A stretch of 64,000 bases of DNA from Balanoglossus misakiensis (taxonomy: Eukaryota; Animalia; Hemichordata), in contig CM082598.2 of assembly GCA_040954595.2 (NCBI GenBank), forward strand, positions 5,533,097 through 5,597,096. The letters are read 5' to 3'. Below are positions 23,407 to 33,200 of this stretch, piece after piece. The notes under the pieces are model-generated. The model made no database searches and was not told the DNA's origin. It saw nothing but the letters and a program-made list of their open reading frames with translations. Every line of letters starts with the position of its first letter. Within the stretch, counting starts at the first letter, position 1. A program made the translations under genes and the position numbers.

Positions 23407-26400
23407 ATGTTGTCACGAAATCTCAAGAGAAACTGAAAGCCTACTACAAAAGGTTATCTCATATTCCGGCATTTCAAGGATTGGATGGAGCCGACAGTAG
23501 ACTTGAACTTGATGAGATCTACATTGAATTGGAGCTACAAACCAAACACGGAAGAACGCAGGACTTTTCTAGAGAAGAAATCTTTACATCTTCTCAAGAC
23601 TGTAATTATGCCAGACGAATATTAATAGAAGGTGATCCAGGGTATGGTAAATCAACTTTTTGTAAAAAGTTAGCGTCTGATTGGGCAAAGTCAAATATAG
23701 AGGGGTTAAAACATTTCAAACTATTGTTTCTATTTGAATTGAAAGATCTGTATGAAATGAACAAAGAAAATGAATGTCAACAAAGTCTCAAAGATGTCAT
23801 TTTTTCATCAGTGTTGCAAGGTGTCAAAGAAAAAGATGAGATATGGAGTTTTATTGAAAGCAATCAGTCAAAAGTTTGTTTTGTCTTTGATGGGCTTGAT
23901 GAAGTCCCAGCTGATGAACTTCCAGGATATTTCAAGAAAATGGTCAAACAAAATCTACCATTTCTGCCTGGTTGTCCAGTTATAGTAACATCTAGGAAAA
24001 TTAGGGATGAGAACCGTAAGCAAATGTATGACTTACAGCTATTAGTAAAGGGATTTGATGACAAAAAGAAAGCAATAGCTTTCATTGAGAAATATGTCAA
24101 AGCAACAGCTTCACAGGGTGAATTTTTGACATTCAAAACACCTGCAAATTTTATGCAAAAACTGGAAAAATCTGTCCACAAAACAAAGCTGTTCCGTTTT
24201 ATGCACAGTCCCTTGAATACCTTGATGTTATTTGATATTTGGCTACATACAAATGAACTGCCACACACAATTACAAATCTTTATAAAGCAATCGTTGATT
24301 ACATCATTCAAAGGTATTGTGACAAACAAGAGCCTGATATCAAGCCAGACAGCTGTAAAATAAAGCAAGCATTGCATGTATTAGGCAAAGTGTCATGTGA
24401 AGCCTTAACGCATCGCCGGTACAATTTCAGTGAAGAAGATATTTCAAAAGCAGAGCACATATTAAAATTAGGATTCCTGACTAAAACATCTTCACTTCCA
24501 CCTACTTATTCATTCTATCATTTAACCTTTCAAGAGTATTTTGCTTCTTTATACATAGCTGATATTCGATTGACAGACCCAGCAAAATTTGCAGACATTA
24601 TCAATATTTTCAACCCTAGCAGCTCTTACCACATGTCAGCTTGTTTAATCTTCATTGGGGGGCAACTGAAAGATAATGTCAGCGAACTCATTGGAAAATG
24701 GAGGGAAAAAGATTTCAAACGTGCAGACTTTTTTGATGTTAGAGAAATATTGTATGAAAGTTGTATTGAACCACAACAAATTACTGACCTTCATGCTAGT
24801 TTCTTACCTGTTTGGCTCACAATAGACTTTGATAAACTGGCCAATAATAATATACTTGACATAAATGCATCACTGCTGAAATGTTCGAATATCAGTTCTA
24901 AATGGGTTAAATTCAAGATTTCTGCATCAAATCCTGCTACACAAGAAATGTGCAGACAATGTTTAGATGCACTGAAAATAAACAAAAAGAAAATGGACCT
25001 GAATGTCACTACTGACAATTTTGAGTCTCTCACATGGTTTGAATCAGTACAGATTAGGCAGGTTACATTGGAGGTATCCAATCATTCAAATCTCATCAGA
25101 GAACTCAATGCCTGGGGTGAGTTATCACAAGCGTTGACACAGATTACGGCCAAAAAGCTTGTCTTGGAGGGATTGCCTATAGGTAATATGGAATTCATGA
25201 AAGCTGTACTCTCACAGTTATGTCAGAGTAAGTCTTTTGGATCAGTTGAGGCTACATTTTGTGGTGATGGTCTGGAATCATGGCAAAGAGGTAAACTGCG
25301 TATCATAGCAGAGTTTGGCGGATTTAAATTCTGCTACAAGATGAATACCATGGATTTAGATTTGCCAAGTCTGTATCAGGTGCTTTCAGAGTGCGCATCC
25401 GTTGATAACAATATACTTACTTTAGACACTGGAATCAAGTGTGATTTGGAGAAGGAGAATTCTGTGTCTTCTATACAGGCCATGCTGCAAAGAGCCACAT
25501 CGGTTAGATTTAATGGATTATCATTGGAATTCTCTGGCTATGATGACTTGGAAACCAGTTGTCATCATATGACAGGTCTGATAGAAAGTTTGTCACAGAT
25601 TACGGCGAAAAAGCTTTTCTTGTATGGATTACCTATAGGTAATATGGAATTCATGAAAGTTGTTCACTCACAGTTTTGTCAGAGTAAGTCTCTTGGATCA
25701 ATTCGAGCTACATTTTGTGGTGATGGCGATGGTCTGAAAGATAAACTGGATATCACAGCAGAATTTGGAGGATTTAAATTCTGCTACAAGATGAATACCA
25801 TGGATTTAGATTTGCCAAGTCTGTATCAGGTGCTTTCAGAGTGTGCATCCGTTGATAACAATAGACTTACTTTAGATACTAAAATCAAGTGTGATTTGGA
25901 GAAGGAGAATTCTGTGTCTTCTATACAGGCCATGCTGCGAAGAGCCACATCGGTTAGATTCAATAGATTATCATTGGAATTCTCTGGCTATGTTGACTTG
26001 GAAACCAGTTGTCATCATATGACAGGTCTGATAGAAAGTTTGTCGCAGATTACGGCGAAAAAGCTTGTCTTGTGGGGATTACCTATAGGTAATATGGAAT
26101 TCATGAAAGCTATACACTCACAGTTATGTCAGTCTCTTGAATCAGTTGATGCTACATTTTGTGGTGATGGTCTGAAATCATGGGAAACAGGTAAACTGGA
26201 TATCACAGCAGAATTTGGAGGATTTAAAATCTGTTACAAGATGAATACCATGGATTTAGATTTTCCAAGTCTGTATCAGTTGCTTTCACAGTGTGCATCA
26301 GTTAATAACAATAGACTTTCCTTAGACACTGAAATCAAGTGTGATTTGGAGGAGGAGAATTCTGTGTCTTCTATACAGGCCATGCTTCTAAGAGCCACAT

Positions 26401-26858
26401 CGGTTAGATTCAATAAATTATCATTGGAATTCTCTGGTTATACCCACAAAAACATGGAAAATATTTGTACTGGAATTGTTGGCATAGTACGAAGTTTGTC
26501 GCAGATTACAACCAAAGAAGTTGTAATTAAACAATTACCATACCCGAATGTAGACTTCATCAAAACTATACAGGATATTTTCCAAGACTGTGAACATCAC
26601 AAGGCAAAACTTGCATTTTGCACAACAAAATGCCTTCTGAATTGTCAACTTTTTGCCTTACAACACCCATGTATCACTGCCAAGAGCAAAAGTCATGAAA
26701 CTGAAATCAGAATATGCAGATCAACCTGTGATCTTGTCAGTGTTTATCAGTTTCTTTCAGACACGGTGTCAAAAGACAACAGCACACTTGCATTGATTTA
26801 CAATTATTCTTTCGTAGAGACACACATCCTATATTTGATATTGTACAGTTTATGTTGA
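23407..26858 (+). CDS. NLR-like gene, large exon 3: NACHT NTPase followed by C-terminal tandem repeats
   Basis: Phase-1 acceptor ttgtag| in frame with ORF 23481; Walker A ILIEGDPGYGKST, Walker B CFVFDGLDEV, VIVTSR, VKGF, SPL, winged-helix YSFYHLTFQEYFASLYI. Confidence 0.9.
25140..26501 (+). repeat. Three in-frame coding tandem repeats (456, 450, 456 bp; 152/150/152 aa), followed by a degenerate fourth
   Basis: Anchor cagattac at 25140, 25596, 26046, 26502; long stretches identical between units. Confidence 0.95.
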
Positions 26859-27835
26859 CTGATTTACATTTACTGAGGTTCAACCACATCAGATTTTATG
26901 ATATTGTAGGGTATCACACTGAGGAAGTGTTACAAGAAATAGCAGCAGTAAATGTTAGGAAAGTTCAATATCATGTGTGTGAATCAGCAGAACCGTTTGG
27001 CCATGAAGAGGCAAAATCAATTCTCGATAAATTACAAGGATATCAATATGTTGAAACTGTTGTCATAACATTTTTGGAGGATTTAAACACTGATATTGTG
27101 TCACAGAGAATTGAGCAATTTGTCACAGATGGTATGAGCATTCATGAATTGGTGTTTGAACACAGAGAAGTAATTGTAAAGGGAAAGTACGCCAACTCCT
27201 CAAAAATCTTCAAACTCAAATTTCGTCTGGATTATTCATCAAACGTTGTGTTTACGTATGATGATGATGAGTTGGAGTCTGCCCTAATAGAAGAAAACGA
27301 TGCTCTGACTAGATTATACACTCAAGTGTGCCATGCTTTGTCAAACATAACTGAGCTGAAGTCACTGAGAATGAAATATCCTGGTATTGAATTACATACA
27401 ACGACGCAAGAACGCCAGACACGGGTGTTTACCATAGAGAATGTGTGCAAGTGTGTTGCTAGTCTGACAAGTCTGACCAAAGTCATCATTGTTGGCGGAA
27501 AAACAGCGTCACATGATGATTCTTCTGCAGACAAGTGGGCAGAGTTGTTCACCTTTGAGTTGGTAGAAACAGTTGAGTTCAAAGATTGTGATCTGCAGAA
27601 CAGTGTTCCTTCCATGATTGCCGGTATAACGCAAGGAGATACATGTCGTGCAGGTCCCCTTAAGATAGAACACAGAAATACACTGAAACCTGGAAATATA
27701 AATGAAATGAAAAGTGCACTGATAGAAGCTGGTTTTGAGATTGCTGAGAGTTGCTGCATAAATGATAGATCTAGTCTGTGTTTGAAAGGCAACAACATCA
27801 CAATTCATTTCATCTATTGTGATGACACAACTTGA
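26792..27835 (+). CDS. NLR-like gene C-terminal continuation in the -1 frame (includes ORF 26852-27835)
   Basis: The -1 frame from 26792 reads IDLQLFFRRDTHPIFDIVQFMLTDLHLLRFN, which aligns without gaps to repeat sequence LDTEIKCDLEEENSVSSIQAMLLRATSVRFN. Confidence 0.7.
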   Translation: MDLQLFFRRDTHPIFDIVQFMLTDLHLLRFNHIRFYDIVGYHTEEVLQEIAAVNVRKVQYHVCESAEPFGHEEAKSILDKLQGYQYVETVVITFLEDLNTDIVSQRIEQFVTDGMSIHELVFEHREVIVKGKYANSSKIFKLKFRLDYSSNVVFTYDDDELESALIEENDALTRLYTQVCHALSNITELKSLRMKYPGIELHTTTQERQTRVFTIENVCKCVASLTSLTKVIIVGGKTASHDDSSADKWAELFTFELVETVEFKDCDLQNSVPSMIAGITQGDTCRAGPLKIEHRNTLKPGNINEMKSALIEAGFEIAESCCINDRSSLCLKGNNITIHFIYCDDTT

Positions 27836-28505
27836 CTTCAGAACTCTGACCTCAAACAGAAAACAATGCCAAAACAGAGAAGAAGCTAGTGTTGTTATTT
27901 ACAAGCTGTTTTACTTTAATTTTGTTGTATGTGCTAACTGCAATTTCTTCTACTGCCCAGACAATACCAATGTGCTTAAACATAGCTAGCCTGGTCTCCA
28001 TACCCAGTGTGTTTTAGATAGACTCACAAAAATACTTGACAATTTGACATTTAGAAAACAAACAGGGTTGTATATGATAATGAATAAGTCTTCATTATCA
28101 TTACCTTTGCTTTTATTTTTCATTTATTTTTTGGTTAGTCGTTTTTGAACACTTTCATACCGTGTATATAACTGTACAATAATGTAAAGTATTTTTCTTG
28201 AATTAACTTTACCTATTTTCATTTATTTGAGACGTTTTTGAACATTTTTGTAAACTGTATATAAATGTATATAACGCATTGTATTTTCCTGACTTTTCTT
28301 TTCACAGATTTTTATGTCATGTATAAAATTTTATGAGTACATTCAGTGATACGTTCTAGAATTTATGAACTGCTTTCAGTTAAAACTACCATACCCTGGG
28401 ATCATGTCTAGAGAATCTAAGGTTAACACTATAATTGTGTTCTATAGGATTTTAAATTGTCAGTATATTCCGAATTATTTAATAACTTTTATTGTTTTAT
28501 TTCTA

Positions 28506-28598
28506 TTAACCCTTTCACCACCATGGTTCAGTCCAAACCTAATATTTTCTGTGGTAAGGTTGGACCTCTAAAGAGGGAACTGGGGGTGAAAGGGTTAA
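28506..28598. mobile_element. Short piggyBac-like MITE (TTAA-CCCT...AGGG-TTAA); second copy 33893-33985
   Basis: ttaaccctttcacc...ggtgaaagggttaa; two near-identical copies. Confidence 0.75.
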
Positions 28599-29153
28599 TA
28601 CATGCAGGCCCATCATACTGTCTATGGGTCTACCAGACACACAGAACAGGATATAAATATCCTTTCAAAAAAAGTAGGAGACAGATGAAATTCCCTCAGT
28701 ATTTACAATTTTAATGATATTCTCTGTAATTGCTACAACATGTTACCGTGAATAGAAGGGAATTACAGAAGAACTTTTAGCATTAGAAGTAAACATGTTT
28801 AGTTATTCTTTCTACCGGTAGCTGGACTTCAGCAAAGACCGGCACCAAAGTTGCATGTTGTGCCAGGACCAAATAGCCACATGCAACGTTTACTAACTTT
28901 TGAATGATTACCAAGGGGTGTAAAACCCTAGCTCTCCTGATAAAAACATATTGACATATTAGTATTGATTTCAAAACTGTAATGATCTTTTCCCAGTTAC
29001 TGTTCAATTTCAAACCTGTGTGTGTGTATTGTAAAAAAAAAAATTCCACACAGACTTAGAAAATCTGCATTTCAGAACTGCAAAAGAACAGCTCTCCAGA
29101 TGTTCCTCAGAATGTCCGTAACATTGACTCATTGTCACTGTCCATAGTTACTT

Positions 29154-29923
29154 TCACATTTCTGTCCACCATATATGGACTTTCCGATCTCCACCAACAG
29201 CACACACGGGTAATGACGCATGCCAGCTTAGACCCCCTGCAGTGACTGGCAGTAAACTAGACACTGGCACCTGAAATGAGATGTGTCAGTGAATTTCTGG
29301 TATCCAGTAAATACATTTCCAGAAATACACATAAATGTAATGAGCTAATTATGCAGAGTTTATTTTTGGCAGATATTTTGAATTTGACACATTGATAAGA
29401 TTTTCATCATTGGGTTAACAAATAAAATCTACATGATGATTGAAAGTGAATGTTTTTTCTCTTTATTACATTACCTGCGAATGTCCCAAATGAAACACTT
29501 TGATCTCATTGTGACCTGTGGTGGCAAATAATTTCTCACTGACACGTGACCATCGAAAATGTCTGCCGCCTTCATTGTGAGCTTGTCTGCTTTTTTGTGG
29601 AATGCTGAAAAATTGTGAAGAGAATGGTATGTGTGATAATGGTGGTGGTGGTACATATATGTTTGTGAGACTACCATTTTCTCCAAGTCTAGCACCTAGA
29701 CATGTGTTGTCCACTTTGCTTCAAAACTAGTCCCTTCTCACCTTGACCTTGTAGAATCCCACATCATCCAGTTGCCATTGGCAATGCCTCCAACACGCAC
29801 TGGATCTAGGTAACAGATATCAGCCGACATCAACGTCACGTGACCTGTATCCAGCGACATGATTGGCTGTTGTGTGGTCAGGTCACAAAACCGTATGGTA
29901 CCTTTCTTTTCGGCCACCATGAG
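29154..29923 (-). CDS. NUP37: Nucleoporin NUP37, 3' exons only (29923-29742, 29604-29475, 29270-29154); 5' half not found in the window
   Basis: LMVAEKKGTIRFCDL..QQPIMSL...LMSA...VGG.A...W..WD.TRSSIPQ..R..H....FRWS.VSEKLFATTG...FHLGH.Q...GLSWH.SLPVC.VGGDRK..WWTEM* matches the vertebrate NUP37 C-terminal half as I recall it; GT-AG junctions, phases 2 and 0 consistent, no stops. Confidence 0.85.
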
Positions 29924-30245
29924 CTGAAAAGTCAGAAAATATTTTAAACTAAGTTGGGAAGTGATTTTAAGTGCAATTTCCTGATATATCTGTGATAAAA
30001 GCCTAAAACACTACGACAGAAAAGATGATGTATTTTCTTCATTTTACAGACAAAAGTTGACCGACACATTCAACTGAAGCATTAAATATGCTTTAATTAT
30101 TATACACCTACTGGAGTCAATAAGCATTACTACATGTTGAACTACAGCTAGCTACAGAGGGCGTTGAACCAGACAAGTCGAACAAATCACGGGATGCGCA
30201 CAACCCTGCGCAATACGCTTATTCCTGTGTCTTGTTATTTACAAA

Positions 30246-33200
30246 ATGGCTGCCCCCAGAAGCAGGGATAGGGGAGAGAGGGTACGTATGTAGGGATATT
30301 TTCGACGTTATGTCGTCAATGTAGGCAGTGAAACTAATTATATCCCCCGGACAAGTTCAGGTGATTTCAAGGGAACTGTCTCAGTGTGTAAATAACAACT
30401 CCTTTGGGCTTTATGGCAGCGAGTGTCTGCGGTCAAGTGACGCTGACGCATCAATAATAATGATCAGACTACATGTAGACCTTGGCTGCTGTCATCATCG
30501 TTGTTATTGAATTAATTTGAATAGTTGGCCTTTCCGTGTATTGTGTCAACCTCCACATCGCGATCGCAACACGTAGAGCGATCTATCGCAGTTACTGTGA
30601 AACGTTGTGGCTCTGTAATGGGATTTCCTGATCGACACCAAAATTAATTTAATTAATTGCGTTTTAAGTTCCTTGTGTTGTTCTGGTTGTAGCCCCGCAG
30701 CTGTGTATAGGTCAGGGCCAGTTGTACTGTTACTAAAGTAGTAGTACAATGTTGTGGTTGTAGGAAGTTGCTGCGGATTCGTTGCCCTACCACTCCCGAC
30801 ACAAACAGACAGACACTCAGTCGGTAGAGCTACGATGGCTGCATTATCCTAACTTTAAGTTTTGCCTTGTGATGCGTTGGATGGCAATACCATGGATTAT
30901 AACGGGGCTATACCTCGTTCGTTGTCCGAGACGCGACTCGTTGACAACGTCATCATGGTCGTTCGGACAAGGTTATTGAATATGATCTACTCACGCTACA
31001 GTAATTGCAGCAACGCCCCTCCTCCTAACTTGGGGAGGGGGCGGGGCAGCCTCTCCTGAAAATGAAATTAGATTATGACATTGAGAAGATGGCTGCTCAC
31101 AGTATAAAAACACACCAATCAACTTGAAGTTACCAAATGTATTCATTCGAACAGCGCAACTCTACTACATAATGTTGGCTGAATAATATTATTTTCATGA
31201 GATTCAGGGCACGATATTTTTAAGGATCTTTTGACAGGCGCATCTTGGACTCTACCATTTTCTGGTGGATATGGGTAGCATCGGGTCGAACGTTGATTTC
31301 ACTATATATCCACATGTACGTTAACATAAATGGTGTCTTGTATAAAAAAGGGCATCAGCGAGAGGGAGACTTTGTCCCTTTAACCCTAATGCTACTGGGT
31401 GTCAAACCTGGTTAGAGTGTCAAGTCCCTTAAAATACGTATTTGCCACTTTTTCTTCTAAAACTTATTTTGACTGTCTTGACATGGCTCTCATACATATA
31501 AAGACACACTTGGCAGTCTGAGCCCCCTGTAAAATGTACCAAATCACACTGGTTTGCACTGGTTTGGTTTGAGGGTCTTGTATAGGCCCTACTGAATAAC
31601 ACAGACTTGGCAGTCTAACAGGCCTGGGAGCCAGGATTCTAGGCACCCTGGAAATCAAACCAGTTTCAACTGACTTGGCAGCGTTAGGGTTAATGTACAT
31701 GTAAATTTCACAAGGATTCTAACTTAAGTGGCCACTGTAGATAAGTTTCCAGTATGTGGCCAATAACACAGGTTTGACTGTCATTTGAAAAGAAACAGCA
31801 CTCTCATAACACCAAAGAGACTAACAGGTATATTTATATTGCGGTGTGTTTTTTTTACCCTTAGGTGGTTTTTGAGAAAGGAGGTGTTTTCATCCACACG
31901 GCTGTTGGTTCCTCTGAAGATGAAGATACACTTCTTGGTGGCAGAGTTAGACTGATTGATAAGGTGAGTTTTATGTCTTAAAGGGACAAAGTTTATCTCT
32001 TGCTGCCTTTTTTCCATTAATTATATTTGATACAAGACACCGTTAATGTTATTCTACATGTGGACATATAGTGAATCAACGTTTGACCACACACACCTTC
32101 CATTCCTCTTCTAGACACGAGAGTGAAAATCCCGTCAAAAGGAATAATCTGTGTTTACCGTTTATTCATTTTGTGAGATTTTTACTCTCATATCCTACAA
32201 ACAGGATGGAAGTTGTGTGTGGTTGAACGTTGATTCACTAGATATCCACATGAAGAATAACATGAACGGTGTCTTGTATCAAACATAATTAATGGAAAAA
32301 GGGCAGCGAGAGAGAGACTTTGTCCCTCTAACACTTGCTTGTATCTTCTTGTGACTGAGTCCATTTGACAATGTCCTTGCTATTTATTGTAACAGGGTGA
32401 TAGTCAGGTGATTGAGTGGAATCCATTGACAGACTGTGAGATCGATGATGAACAGCCTGACAAAGAATGGGCGGTCATCAAATCTGTGGGATACAAGAAG
32501 CAAAATAGTCGAGACACAGGTGGGTTTATGCAGTTGTCATGTGAGAGTTCACATAGTGACTAGACATTGGTGACTTGGTTCAACTGGTCATTTGGGCTAC
32601 TGTATCCCATCAAAGCATGTTGGAAATTGTTGAGGTTTTTACAAGATTAACCCTAATGCTACTGGGTGTCATACCTGTTTAGAGTCTCAATTCCATTAAA
32701 AATATACGTATTTGCCACTTTTTCTTCTAAAACTTATTTTGACTGTCTTGACACGGCTCTCATACGTACTTAGACACACTTGGCAGTCTGAACCCCCTGT
32801 AAAATGTACCAAATCACACTGGTTTGCACTGTATTGGTCTGAGGGTCTTGTATAGGCTCTACTGAATAACACACACTTGGCAGCCTAACAGGCCTGGGAG
32901 CCCGGATTCTAGGCACCCTGGAAATCAAACCAGTTTTAACTGACTTGGCAGCTTTAGGGTTAATTTTGGAAAAACAAACGAAATCATTATATAATAATAA
33001 TAATAAATAATATGTTATGTAATTAGGAATTGCTTGGGAGACTTCAGGAATTCATTGTCGATTGTGAAATAAGTTTGTGTAGTTGATAAAAAAATTTCAT
33101 GACTGTGAATTTTTTACCAGAGCGAGTGACAGTACAGCAGCCGACCAGAAAGAGTAAATATGCAATGTTGTTTCCACTGAGTGATCTGAGAAGTATCAAG

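Noticed and set aside
23864-27808. Antisense ORFs 23864-24268, 24791-25081, 27322-27801, 27509-27808
   Set aside because: Shadows of the NLR coding strand with no recognisable domains
30290-31100. CpG-richer stretch in TBC1D15 intron 1 as a possible ncRNA or alternative first exon (ATGGCTGCT at ~31089)
   Set aside because: No recognisable RNA family motifs; the alternative ATG reaches a stop with no donor
31380-31395. TAACCCTAA motifs (also ~14716, 32648, 36514) as telomeric repeat or telomerase template
   Set aside because: Isolated single units; most are TTAA plus the CCCT terminus of a piggyBac-like MITE
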